This document shows, piece by piece, positions 8,813 through 19,187 of a stretch of 64,000 nucleotides of DNA. The notes under the pieces are model-generated. The model was given only the letters and a program-made list of their open reading frames with translations, ran no database searches and had not been told where the DNA came from. Every line of letters begins with the position of its first letter. The stretch's first letter is position 1. Source of the DNA: Candidatus Hydrogenedentota bacterium (lineage in GTDB: Bacteria; Hydrogenedentota; Hydrogenedentia; Hydrogenedentales; SLHB01); assembly GCA_963745075.1 (NCBI GenBank), contig CAVUWV010000036.1, positions 32,001-96,000 of the forward strand. The letters are read 5' to 3'. The position numbers were made by a program, and so were the translations under genes.

Positions 8813-10067
8813 ATGGCAGAGGTATGCGGTTTCCGCGCTTTTCGGTACAATCAGGACCGTGTCAGCGATTACACCAACGTGGTGACGCCGCCGTTTGACG
8901 TCATCACTCCCGAGGAGCGGACCGAGCTGTTCGCTCGCAGTCCCCACAATTACGCTCGTCTGATCCTGCCAGACGAGCGGGAAGGCCGGTCGAAGTATGA
9001 AACCTCGGCCGCGGATCTCGAGAGTCTGGATCGCCCAAGGCGTTATGCAACAGGACGATGAAGAATCGTTCTACCTGCTGGAACAGCGGTTTCGAAGTCT
9101 TGACGGGACAGGCTGTGTGCGCCGAGGCTTCTTTGCGGTGACCAAAATCCCGGAGCCGGGAGAGGAAACCGTTCTCGGCCACGAGCGCACTTTCGAATGG
9201 AAGGTGACCGACCGACTGGCCCTGACGGATGCGACGCAAGCCAATCTCGGCGCGGTGTTTGTGCTGTACGACGACCCGAAGCACGCTCTCGGCACTTTCC
9301 TGGCACAAATGGAGCAGCGTCCGGCGGACATGGTTGCCGAGACGATTGACGGCGTGCAGCAGCGGCTCTGGCGCGTGCCCGCCGATCCTGCGGTGACCGC
9401 GTTTTTTGCCGCCAAAAAGCTTTATATTGCCGACGGGCATCACCGGTACCGCACGGCTCACACCTACCGGGATCGGATGCGTCTGAAGGAAAACTCCGAC
9501 GGGCCCCGGGCGTACGATTATGTGCTAATGGGGTTTGTCTCGCTGGACGATCCCGGTCTGTTCGTCTATCCCGCGCACCGGGTACTGGATGAGCCCTCAG
9601 GTTTTGACGAAACCACGTTCCTGAAAAAACTCGAACCGTGGTTTTCAGTCGAAAAAGCGAGCGAACATTTGCCTCGCCAGGTGCAAGCGGAAAAGGACTG
9701 TGTCATCGGCGTCGTCCTGAGAAGCGGCTCGCAGTATCTGCTGCGGCTGCGGGACATGGATCGGGTCGATCTGCTTGGCGATAGTCATGGGCCGGCTTGG
9801 CGGGATCTTGATGTGTCGGTGCTGCACGGCGGAATACTCGAACGCGTGTTAGACCTGCACGCTGATTCCGAGTTTATCTATGAGAAAGACGTTAACGCGG
9901 CGGTGAGTGCCGTACTGAATGGCCAAAAGGGAATGGCGTTCATTCTGCGGAACATGCATCCCGGCCAGGTATGCGCTTGCGCGGATGCCCGAGAATCCAT
10001 GCCCCAGAAAGCCACGTATTTCTTCCCGAAACTGCCTTCCGGCGCAGTGGTGCACCGATTGGTATAG
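8813..10067 (+). CDS. DUF1015 family protein, interrupted by a +1 frameshift near 9021-9026 (likely assembly error)
   Basis: N-terminal FRAFRY..TPPFDVI in the 8813 frame continues as GHERTF, IADGHHRY, MPQKATYFFPKLPSG in the 8997 frame. Confidence 0.85.
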
Positions 10068-10073
10068 CCCAAG

Positions 10074-11570
10074 CTACTTCAGGAGCTTGCGGCCTTCCGT
10101 GCCCTTGATGCCGGTGATAACGCGCTGGAACGCTTCTTCGTCGCTGCACGCGGATACCGCCTCTTCCCGGGTAACCAGGTCTTTCTTGTACAACTCCACG
10201 GCATACTGGTCGAAACTCTTCATCTCCGTATCGACTTCGATGATGTTGTACAGTCGCTGAATGTCGCCCTCGAGAATCGCGTCGCGGACCATTGGAAGGT
10301 TACACAGCAGCAATTCGATGCAGGGGATGCGCCCGCCACCCTTGCGCCTTAGCAGCCGTTGGCAACAGACGCCCTTCAGGGAATACGCCAGTTCCTGGCG
10401 TATGACGTCGCGTTCGTCGTGCGGGAAATAGCTGATGATGCGGTTGACCGTGTCGACCGCGGTCATAGTATGCAAGGTGCTCAGCACCAAGTGGCCGGTT
10501 GACGCGGCGCTGATGGCGGCGCGGATCGTCTCGCGGTCGCGCATCTCGCCGACCAGCACGACGTCCGGGTCTTCGCGAAGGGCGCCGCGCAACGCGTTGG
10601 CAAAGGAGAAGGTGTCTCGCCCCACTTGCCGTTGCGAGACAATGCTCTGCTTGTCCGTATAAACAAACTCGATGGGATCCTCTGCGGTGATAATGTGTGC
10701 GTGCCGCGTCGCGTTGATGTGGTCCACCATGGCCGCCAGGGTGGTGGACTTACCGCTGCCCGTTACGCCGCATACCAGGAAGAGGCCGCGGTGGGCATCG
10801 GAGATGTCGCGGACGTGAATGGGCAGGTCTAACTTCTCGAAAGGAATCGGTTCTTCCGGGATAAACCGGATCGCGAGTCCCATGGCGCCCATTTTGATGT
10901 ACCCGCTGCAACGCAGGTAGGCGATCCCTGCGAGATGGTACTGAAAACTGCTTTCCTTTTCCGTCTCCAACAGATCGACCTGCTGTTGACCCCCGAGCTG
11001 AAAGATGACTTCGCGCATGTCATCTGCGCTGAGCGGCGCCAAATCAAGGGGTTTCAAATCGCTGTCGATCCGCATGTAGGGCGGCGCTCCCGCGCGAAGA
11101 TGGATATCCGAGCCGTTGTGTTTCATCATTTCCTCGATGAGGATATTGATGTTAAATTCGAAACGGTGGAAGGACTGAATGTCCACGTGCCACGACCGGG
11201 ACCGGAGCGTGTGTGCCGCGTTGTCCTGGACGACCTTGTCGACCGGCGCCAACTGCTGCAATTGCGTCCACTCAAAGGGAGGCAGGATCAGGGAGCAGCG
11301 TCCCTCGGTTACCTTGACCTGATTGGGGATTCGCGTTCCTTCGAGTTCGGTGCGGATGGACTCCGGACTTACGCCCTCCTTCAACGGAAATTCGATCCGG
11401 TAGTAGTCGACCCGCTTGCCGAACTCCTTCGACCGGGCCACCATTTCCGTGTGATCGGTTTTGAAGGTTAGCTCGACCGGGACTCCCATTTTGCGGATGA
11501 CTTCATGCACACCGGTGCGGAACACGTCGAGAATCGTGCTCCGGGAATTGGTACCGATAACGAGAGACAT
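10074..11570 (-). CDS. PilT/PilU-family ATPase with an N-terminal extension
   Basis: GSDIHLRAG, Walker A GVTGSGKSTT, EDPIE, LREDPDVVLVGEMRD, TGHLVLSTLH. Confidence 0.9.
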   Translation of the reverse strand: MSLVIGTNSRSTILDVFRTGVHEVIRKMGVPVELTFKTDHTEMVARSKEFGKRVDYYRIEFPLKEGVSPESIRTELEGTRIPNQVKVTEGRCSLILPPFEWTQLQQLAPVDKVVQDNAAHTLRSRSWHVDIQSFHRFEFNINILIEEMMKHNGSDIHLRAGAPPYMRIDSDLKPLDLAPLSADDMREVIFQLGGQQQVDLLETEKESSFQYHLAGIAYLRCSGYIKMGAMGLAIRFIPEEPIPFEKLDLPIHVRDISDAHRGLFLVCGVTGSGKSTTLAAMVDHINATRHAHIITAEDPIEFVYTDKQSIVSQRQVGRDTFSFANALRGALREDPDVVLVGEMRDRETIRAAISAASTGHLVLSTLHTMTAVDTVNRIISYFPHDERDVIRQELAYSLKGVCCQRLLRRKGGGRIPCIELLLCNLPMVRDAILEGDIQRLYNIIEVDTEMKSFDQYAVELYKKDLVTREEAVSACSDEEAFQRVITGIKGTEGRKLLK

Positions 11571-11854
11571 AAAGGACGATTCCTCTATTCGCTGGATTGG
11601 ATAGACGTGCGAAAAATCGCGCGAGTCTAGCATTCGCCGGCGGGACCTGTCAAAAGCAGAATAGTGCGTGCAGGTGAATTCGACGGGTGTGACGGAACGA
11701 TTGGACAAAATCGACTTGGTTCGAGCGCCCGAGTGGTGCGGTTGCTTGTCCGACGCGATATTTGCTACTCTTTTTTGGTTTCGGAAGCAGGCAAACACCT
11801 GCCGTTCCGCGCACTTTTCACACACTTGCGGCGCATTCGTAGGAGTCCCGTTAC

Positions 11855-13900
11855 ATGTTCATCATTCAAGACTTGATGCGTAAGCATCAGCGGCTTTTGC
11901 TCGCGATCATATTGGTCCTGGTCGTGGGTCCCTTCGTGTTGTGGGGAGGCGGCTTTGGCGCCAGCAAACTCGGCGGCGATGAGGCCGGCCAGTCGCAGGG
12001 CATCGTCGTTTCCGGCGACATGACCATCACAGCCGAAGAGTTTCGGGACGCGCTCTATGCGGAACGCGACCGCTTGGCTCAGATGGGCCGAGAACCGACT
12101 ATGGAGAAGATGTTGGCCGACGGGACGGCGCTTCGTGTGCTTGAATCTATTGTAAGCCGCGACATCATATCCAAACAGGCTGCAGCGCAGGGATATGACT
12201 TCGACAAAGCCTTCCTGACCGAGCAGATGAAAAAGATGCAGGAATTTCAGGATCAGAATGGAAACTTCGATCCCCGGGCCTGGAACTCCGTCGTCGAGCG
12301 GGGCGACGTAAACTGGAACGCAATCTATGCCAGTCTTCGCGAGCAGCTTGGCCGCCGGTTGTACATCGAGCGGCTCATGGCCTCCGGGCGCGTTTTGGAT
12401 TCGGAGTTGAAAGAACAGTTCGAGCGCGAAAACACGACATTGAGTCTTCGCTACGTGAAAATCCAGCCGCCCATTGAACCGACGGACGAGCAGATTCAAA
12501 AGACCTACGATGACAATCCCGCTGCGTTCGATTTGCCGGCGAAGCGGAAAGCCGCTTTCGTCACCATCTCGGTTGAAGCCCCGGTTCCGCCGTTAGCCAA
12601 CGAACTGGTGAAGCGCGCGCGCGCCGGTGAAGATTTCGCCGAACTTGCGAAGCAGTATTCGGAGGATGACTCGAAGGAAAAAGGCGGCGATATCGGATGG
12701 GTTACGGAAAGCCTTGCGCTGCCGGAGTATCAGAAGCCCTTGTTTGCGCTGGCTCCGGGTGAAGTCAGCGAACCGGTAAAAGGGCCTGCTGGCTACTACA
12801 TCTTCAAGGTGGACGAGGAACGGACCAGTGAACTGAGCGGACAACGCGACGTGAAGGCCCGCGAAATCGTGCTTCATGCGACCCTGGATCCCGATGAGAT
12901 GAAAGCCCGGCGCGCGAAAGCCGATGAGATTGACACCAAGGCGAAGGAGTCCGGCGACTTGGCCGCTGTAGCGAAAGATTACGGGTTGGACGTGAAGGAA
13001 ACGGACCTGTTCTCCACCGATTCGCTGACCATCGAGAACATCCCCGCCGACGATGCCCGCTCGTTCCGCGTCACCTTGTCGACGTTGGACGATGGCGCCG
13101 TTTCCGACGTAGTTTCCGGTCGCAAGAATCTGTACGTGGCCAAAATCGTTGGATATGAGCCTCCGCAACCCCAGCCGTTGGAAGCGGTTCGCGAAGACGT
13201 GAAGGATCAAACCATTTCGAAGATCCGAAAGTCGCCCGAGTACGCCGCCAAGGTGCAAACCATTGTGAACGAAATCAAGGAAAAAGCCACCGGACTCGAC
13301 GATATTCCCACGATGTTCCCGGACTTGAACGCGAAAGTCGAATCCGTCGACAAATACTCGTTTAAGGACTTCAACTTTGGTAGCGCACCGCCGTGGATGC
13401 CGCGCGATCTGTACGCCGCGGTCGGCGACAAGGAAACCGGGGTGATGACCGGACCTATCAACGATCTTCTTGGCGATGAGTACTTCGTCGAAGTCGCCAA
13501 ACGGACGCCACCGGACGAAAAGATGTGGGCGGATGAATGGCCGGAGGCGGAGAAGTCGATGCGGAAAGTCGCGTACAACATGGCGCGACAGGCCCGCTTG
13601 GACGACCGGCTGCGCGCGCTCCGCGAATCCAGCCCCTATCCGGTCGATCAGGCCGCGTTTATGCAGGCCTTGGGTTTGGGCAATTCGGGCACCGACGCCA
13701 CGACGGCGGAGAAAGAGCTGGAAGGCGACGGGTCCGGCAATGTGCTTCAACTACCAGTCGGCAATGCGGCATCTGCGCCCGCCGAAGCGCCCGCGGAGAA
13801 TGCGCCGGAATCGCCTGCGACCGCCGAACCGGCCGCTCCGGCCGAGGCACCCGCCGGAAATGCGAATACGACCACATCGGAGTCGACGCCGGCCCCGTAG
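11855..13900 (+). CDS. PpiD-like membrane-anchored peptidyl-prolyl isomerase (SurA-N + parvulin)
   Basis: N-terminal TM; GEDFAELAKQYSED..KGGDIGW..GEVSEPVK..GYYIFKV parvulin motif. Confidence 0.85.
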   Translation: MFIIQDLMRKHQRLLLAIILVLVVGPFVLWGGGFGASKLGGDEAGQSQGIVVSGDMTITAEEFRDALYAERDRLAQMGREPTMEKMLADGTALRVLESIVSRDIISKQAAAQGYDFDKAFLTEQMKKMQEFQDQNGNFDPRAWNSVVERGDVNWNAIYASLREQLGRRLYIERLMASGRVLDSELKEQFERENTTLSLRYVKIQPPIEPTDEQIQKTYDDNPAAFDLPAKRKAAFVTISVEAPVPPLANELVKRARAGEDFAELAKQYSEDDSKEKGGDIGWVTESLALPEYQKPLFALAPGEVSEPVKGPAGYYIFKVDEERTSELSGQRDVKAREIVLHATLDPDEMKARRAKADEIDTKAKESGDLAAVAKDYGLDVKETDLFSTDSLTIENIPADDARSFRVTLSTLDDGAVSDVVSGRKNLYVAKIVGYEPPQPQPLEAVREDVKDQTISKIRKSPEYAAKVQTIVNEIKEKATGLDDIPTMFPDLNAKVESVDKYSFKDFNFGSAPPWMPRDLYAAVGDKETGVMTGPINDLLGDEYFVEVAKRTPPDEKMWADEWPEAEKSMRKVAYNMARQARLDDRLRALRESSPYPVDQAAFMQALGLGNSGTDATTAEKELEGDGSGNVLQLPVGNAASAPAEAPAENAPESPATAEPAAPAEAPAGNANTTTSESTPAP

Positions 13901-14123
13901 CGGTTCCGATGGTTGAGATGAATTGGTGTCACGACGCCCCGGTCTCGGCCGGGGCATCGTCTTTCGGGTTGCCCATTTGTATCGACATCGAAGCGCCTTT
14001 GATAGGTCATCTCCCAATTCCGGGGACCATGCTTCGATCGAAACTGGTTGCGTCTTGTTTGCATTGGGTAAATCCGTAAAGGAACCGATCTCTCCCCATG
14101 CTTTGGAGATGAACCTTTTGATA

Positions 14124-14261
14124 GGAGGGCGGGTTTTCCAACCCGCCGTGCCAAGCGCTACGGCACGAAGAAAAGACGCATCAAGCGCGCGATTCTCTAC
14201 CGCTTGGTGTGGTGCTACTCCATCGAGGCTCTTGAATGGCTGGTTGGAAAACCCGCCCTCC
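14124..14261. repeat. Inverted REP doublet (ggagggcgggttttccaaccmgcc)
   Basis: 14124-14147 and 14238-14261 are reverse complements with one mismatch; each is itself a hairpin. Confidence 0.8.
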
Positions 14262-14384
14262 CTGCATCTGTTTAATCGTGGGGACCGTGGGTGGAACGGT
14301 GAATGGCGTCGGGCTTTAGAGCAATGATAGACTGCACCCGGCACAAACATCGCACCGGACGCCTTGCGGGCGAAGGGGGAGTTC

Positions 14385-15401
14385 ATGAAGTCATCGGAAT
14401 CGAGAAGGACGTTTCTGCAATGGTCCACCGCGTCGTTGGGCATGGGAGGACTCGCGGGCATTCTCGGGTGTACGCCCGCGGCTACGCCACCGACCGCGGC
14501 GGAAGGGGGCAAACGCTACAAAGCGGCCTTCTCGAACACGGGGTTGCAGTCTACGTGGTGCGCCCACGGGATCGATACCGTGAAACGCTGGGGCGACTGG
14601 CTCGGAGTCGACATCACGGTCTACGATTCCCAGTTCACCATCGACAAACAACGGCAGGACATCGAAGACATGGCGTCCAAGGATTGGGACTTCGTCGCCA
14701 TCCAGGCCTACGCCATTAAGACCCTCGAGGAACCGGTCAAGCAGCTCATCGAGAAGGGCGTGCCCGTTATCGACTACGACACGCGGATCGTGCCCGAAGG
14801 GGAGGATATCGGGTTGTGGACGTTCATGTCGCCCGACCACGAAGGTCAGGCCGAGCGGGCCACCGAGATCATCATTCAACACATGGGCGGCAAAGGAAAG
14901 ATCGTGCACACCCAGGGCGCGCTTTCGCACACCGGCGCCCAACTTCGAGCTAAAGGGTTCCACAACGTCGTGGCCAAATACCCCGAGGTCGAAGTCATCG
15001 ACGAACAACCCGGCGATTGGGATATCAACAAGGTCAGCCGCATTTGGGACGACCTTCTCGTCAAATTTCCCGAAATCGACGGGGCGTTCTGTCACAACGA
15101 CGACATGGCCATGGCCGCCGTGCAGGCCGTCAAGCGCGCGGGAGGCAATCGTAAGATTGTCTTCGGTAGCATCGACGCCCAGGAACAGGGCATCAACGGC
15201 GTGCTCAACGGAGACCTCATCTGTTCCGCCATGAATGCCGCGGGTCGCATCCATTGGACCGCGCTCATGGTCGGTTACTACGCCTGCGCTGGGGGACAGA
15301 AGAAGGTAGACGTCCCCGATTTCATCCACATCGACAATCCGGTTGTGGTCAAAGAGAACGCGCCCACGTTCAAGTATCTGATGGAGAATTACTTGATCTG
15401 A
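14385..15401 (+). CDS. Sugar ABC transporter substrate-binding protein (RbsB-like), Tat/lipoprotein signal
   Basis: SRRTFLQ twin-arginine and LGC lipobox; GVPVIDYD and HNDDMAMAAVQA; no permease or ATPase genes adjacent. Confidence 0.85.
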   Translation: MKSSESRRTFLQWSTASLGMGGLAGILGCTPAATPPTAAEGGKRYKAAFSNTGLQSTWCAHGIDTVKRWGDWLGVDITVYDSQFTIDKQRQDIEDMASKDWDFVAIQAYAIKTLEEPVKQLIEKGVPVIDYDTRIVPEGEDIGLWTFMSPDHEGQAERATEIIIQHMGGKGKIVHTQGALSHTGAQLRAKGFHNVVAKYPEVEVIDEQPGDWDINKVSRIWDDLLVKFPEIDGAFCHNDDMAMAAVQAVKRAGGNRKIVFGSIDAQEQGINGVLNGDLICSAMNAAGRIHWTALMVGYYACAGGQKKVDVPDFIHIDNPVVVKENAPTFKYLMENYLI

Positions 15402-15573
15402 TCGCACGCCGATTGAAGTGGTCCCAAACCGATCCGTGTCCGTCCGTGTGTGTCCGTGTTCACCCCCCTCGTTGCGGTTTTCCCCGGAAATACGCTAGGC
15501 TCGCAAAAACTGTCACAAGGGCTCTTGGGCGGGACGCCCAAGCCACGGGATACGGTGTAAAGGAGAAACGATC

Positions 15574-17901
15574 ATGGTCATGGTAATTTTAGCCATGCTT
15601 GGCGCGACGTTACAGGGAAACGGCGTGATCTGGGCCGAAGCGGTGGATATCCAGCAGCACGGCGTTACCGTGCCGGCCGACGGCGAGTATACGGTCTGGT
15701 TCTGGGCCAAGGATGGTGCGGGCTATGCGACATCGAGCGCCGGTGAAGTCGAAATCCCCAACGACGAAAAGAGCGGAGGAAAGTTCACCTGGCGCACCGT
15801 CGGTCCCGTCTATTTGAGCGCGGGCACCATGGACGTTTCGTTTTCGAATCCGAGCGCCGTTGCTGCTGTCGCGGGGTCGACCAATCCGGATTTCGATCCC
15901 AGGAAAGCCATGCCGATCGCCCGTGTGTTTGACCAACCTGAAACGGCGGGGGACAAACGTCCCGAGATCGATCGCGGCACCAACAGCCTGTTCTACATGA
16001 CGGATTTCGACGACCTCGATGCGTGGGAGTCGTACGCACGCAGCCTGCGGCGGCGGTTTCTGGTCGCTTGCGGGTTGTATCCCCTGCCCGAACGGACCCC
16101 GCTCAACGCAAAGGTGTACGACCCTGTCGAGCATTCCGACTACATCGTCGAGAAAGCCTATTTCGAAGCGCGCCCCGGACTCCTGGTGACCGGGAACATC
16201 TATCGTCCGGTGGGTGACGGCCCGTATCCCGGCGTGATTTGTCCCCACGGCCATTGGAGTGTTGGCCGGTACGCGGACGATCCGGAACGCGGTTCAGTCC
16301 CCGCGCGCTGCATCACCTTAGCGCGGATGGGCATGGTCGTGTTCACGTACGACATGGTGGGCTACAACGACAGTTGCCAATTCAGTCACGACTGGGGGCA
16401 CGGCGGCATTCCGGAAGCCGACCGTAAACGCCAGGCGTTATGGGGGCTCCATCCCTTTGCGGTGCAGTTGTGGTCAAGCATTCGCGCCCTCGACTTCATG
16501 GAATCCCTGCCCTACGTCGATCCCGATAACCTTAACTGTACCGGCGCCTCCGGCGGCGGCACACAGACTTTCGCGCTCAATGCCGTGGACCAGCGCGTCA
16601 AGGTGTCCGCGCCGGTCAACATGATCTCCCATTCCATGCAGGGCGGCTGCGTGTGCGAGAACGCGCCGCTCATTCGGTTTAACGCCAGCAATATGGAGGT
16701 AGGGGCCCTCGCTGCGCCTCGGCCCATGCTGATGGTATCCGCGACGGGGGACTGGACCCGCGAGACGCCGAATTTCGAGTACCCGGCCATTCGAGGGATT
16801 TACGAACTGTACGGCACGGCGGACCGCGTCAAGAACGTCCCCATCGACGCACACCACAATTACAACAAAGACAGTCGCGAGGCCATGTACCGCTTCTTTG
16901 GCAAATGGGTGTTGGGTGAGGGAGACAGGTACGCGAATTTCACGGAGCCGGGCTACGCGCTCGAATCGCTCGATAAACTGAAGAATTTCCCCGACGGTAC
17001 GCCGCCGGCAGGGTACCCGAAGTATGACGAGCTGGTCACAAACATCATCGACGCAACGCGCGCCAAGTGGGCGGCGGAGTTGCCGGCGAGTTTCGGCGAC
17101 TTCGCGGCATTTCGCACTGAAGCGCGCCCCGCTATTGCGGAGATTCTTGCGGACGAACTGCCCTGTGAGGGCACGGTGACCGCCCAGACGATAAACACCG
17201 CGAAGGAAGACGGATACAGCGTGGAAGGGGTGGTCCTGTCCCACGGCGCGACCAGCGCGGTGCCGGCCCTCATCTTTCGTCCCGCCGACAACAAACCCAC
17301 GGGCGTGACGGTGCTGGTGCATGGCGAAGGAAAGGCGGCGTTGGTGGATTTGGCAACCGGCACACCGGGCGAAACCATTCAGCATTTGATGGACGCCGGC
17401 AAGGTCGTCGTCACAATCGATCCGTTCCTGGTTGGCGAGAACAAATCGCCCCTGACGCCCACCGCGCGCCGCTCCACGGATTACCCCGACACGTTCCTGC
17501 CGACGAATACCGCGTATCGGATTCAGGATGTATTGACCGCGTTGGTCCATGCCCGCACGCTAGCTTCCCCGGACGCGCCGCTTGATTTGACCGGCATCGG
17601 TGACGCCGGGCTGTGGTGCCTCTTTGCAGGCGCTATGGACGACGGTGTACGAACGACGCTGGTCGATGCGAACGGATTCAACGTCGATAGCGATGAAGCA
17701 TGGATTGACCGAGCGTACATGCCATGTATTCGCGGCGTAGGCGATGTCGCAACGGTAGCCGCGCTATACGGACACCGCGCGCTGCAGGTGTACGACCCTG
17801 GTCCCGGCTGGGACCAGGCGATGAGGTCTTACTGCGCGGTTTCAGGTCGCGCGCCGAACGACGTATTGCACAGCGGGATGCTGACGGCAGGAGTCCTGTG
17901 A
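15574..17901 (+). CDS. Acetylxylan esterase-like alpha/beta hydrolase (two hydrolase modules)
   Basis: PGVICPHGH, nucleophile motif TGASGGGTQT, GGCVCENAP. Confidence 0.8.
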   Translation: MVMVILAMLGATLQGNGVIWAEAVDIQQHGVTVPADGEYTVWFWAKDGAGYATSSAGEVEIPNDEKSGGKFTWRTVGPVYLSAGTMDVSFSNPSAVAAVAGSTNPDFDPRKAMPIARVFDQPETAGDKRPEIDRGTNSLFYMTDFDDLDAWESYARSLRRRFLVACGLYPLPERTPLNAKVYDPVEHSDYIVEKAYFEARPGLLVTGNIYRPVGDGPYPGVICPHGHWSVGRYADDPERGSVPARCITLARMGMVVFTYDMVGYNDSCQFSHDWGHGGIPEADRKRQALWGLHPFAVQLWSSIRALDFMESLPYVDPDNLNCTGASGGGTQTFALNAVDQRVKVSAPVNMISHSMQGGCVCENAPLIRFNASNMEVGALAAPRPMLMVSATGDWTRETPNFEYPAIRGIYELYGTADRVKNVPIDAHHNYNKDSREAMYRFFGKWVLGEGDRYANFTEPGYALESLDKLKNFPDGTPPAGYPKYDELVTNIIDATRAKWAAELPASFGDFAAFRTEARPAIAEILADELPCEGTVTAQTINTAKEDGYSVEGVVLSHGATSAVPALIFRPADNKPTGVTVLVHGEGKAALVDLATGTPGETIQHLMDAGKVVVTIDPFLVGENKSPLTPTARRSTDYPDTFLPTNTAYRIQDVLTALVHARTLASPDAPLDLTGIGDAGLWCLFAGAMDDGVRTTLVDANGFNVDSDEAWIDRAYMPCIRGVGDVATVAALYGHRALQVYDPGPGWDQAMRSYCAVSGRAPNDVLHSGMLTAGVL

Positions 17902-18806
17902 CCGATCCAGAAGCAATATCGTCCGAGACGGATACGGCGTTGGACACGTTTCTCCACGTGGCCGATCTGCATTTCTGGAAGGTCGTCTTCAATCCCTTTC
18001 GTCTGCTGAACAAGCGGGCGTTGGGCAACCTCAATGTATGGCTTCGGCGACGCAACGAATTTCCGATGGCCGAGGCGGAACGGTTGATCGACGGACTCGA
18101 TGCGACGGGGGAACGGCAACTCGTGCTTACCGGCGATTTTGCGTCTACCGCCTTGGACGAGGAATTTGCGCGCGCACGGAGCTTTGTCGACACCCTCGTT
18201 CAGCGGGGTTTTGCCCTGCACCTGATGCCGGGCAACCACGACGTTTACACCTTCGAGTCGGTCCGCCAACACCGGTTCGAGCGCCACTTCGCCCCGTACG
18301 TGCCGGAGCAGGGGTATCCGGCCATGACGACGCTTGCCGGAGGAACGCCGCTGCTGCTGGTGCCGACGGTGTGTCCCAACGTCATATCCTCCAAAGGAAG
18401 AATCGCGCCGGCGGCACTCGAAGCGGTGGCGCGATTGCTGAAGCATACAGCTTCCCCCTTGGTGGTGGCGGGTCACTATCCCTTGCTCGACGAAACCCCA
18501 GGCTATACGTTAACTCCTGGACGGCGTATGCGAAATGCAGATCGTCTGCGAAAAATCCTCGGCAACTGCGGTGCGACAGTCCTGTACGTGGCCGGCCACG
18601 TGCACCGATTCAGCTTCGTGCGCGATCCGCAATACAGCACCCTGCACCACCTATGCACCGGCGCTTTTTTCCGGGTCAACCATCGCGAGGACATCACCGG
18701 TGAGTTCTCGCGGGTGACGGTGTATCCCGACCGGTTTGACGTTCATCGCCACGTGCACCGGGACACCTGGTCCCTCGCGCACGCGGCGCCGGATAGGATG
18801 GCCTGA
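17898..18806 (+). CDS. Calcineurin-like metallophosphoesterase
   Basis: ADLH, TGD, PGNHD and GHVH motifs; GTG start overlaps the upstream stop. Confidence 0.85.
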   Translation: MTDPEAISSETDTALDTFLHVADLHFWKVVFNPFRLLNKRALGNLNVWLRRRNEFPMAEAERLIDGLDATGERQLVLTGDFASTALDEEFARARSFVDTLVQRGFALHLMPGNHDVYTFESVRQHRFERHFAPYVPEQGYPAMTTLAGGTPLLLVPTVCPNVISSKGRIAPAALEAVARLLKHTASPLVVAGHYPLLDETPGYTLTPGRRMRNADRLRKILGNCGATVLYVAGHVHRFSFVRDPQYSTLHHLCTGAFFRVNHREDITGEFSRVTVYPDRFDVHRHVHRDTWSLAHAAPDRMA

Positions 18807-18896
18807 CGTTGCCGATTCCCTTGGCGCGAAGTCTTGTGATAGCATTAGCCAATGCCGCGTTTACCCCGAGAACGCAAGGTTCGCGCAATCCTTTTG

Positions 18897-19187
18897 ATGG
18901 ACGCGGACCGAGTAGCCCTTGCCGTGGCGGCGCTGGTCGCCACCGTGGTTCTCGTTTTGTGCCTGTTCTATGCCAAGATCGAAAGCTTCGAGGTTGCGTT
19001 TCGGGTTAGTTTGGCGTTCGCGGTCACGTATGGAGTTTGTTTTCTATCGTTCCGGTTCATTCAGCGGACCACACGCGAGGAAATGAGCGCGCTCGAGGAA
19101 GCGCGCCTGGCCGCCGAGGCCGCACGCCGGGCCGCCGAAGCGGAAGCACATGAAACGGACGAAGAGTTTTCAGGAGAAATGGAATGA
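18897..19187 (+). CDS. Small hypothetical membrane protein (2 TM)
   Basis: Two hydrophobic helices and an acidic tail; ATGA overlap with the next gene. Confidence 0.65.
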   Translation: MDADRVALAVAALVATVVLVLCLFYAKIESFEVAFRVSLAFAVTYGVCFLSFRFIQRTTREEMSALEEARLAAEAARRAAEAEAHETDEEFSGEME

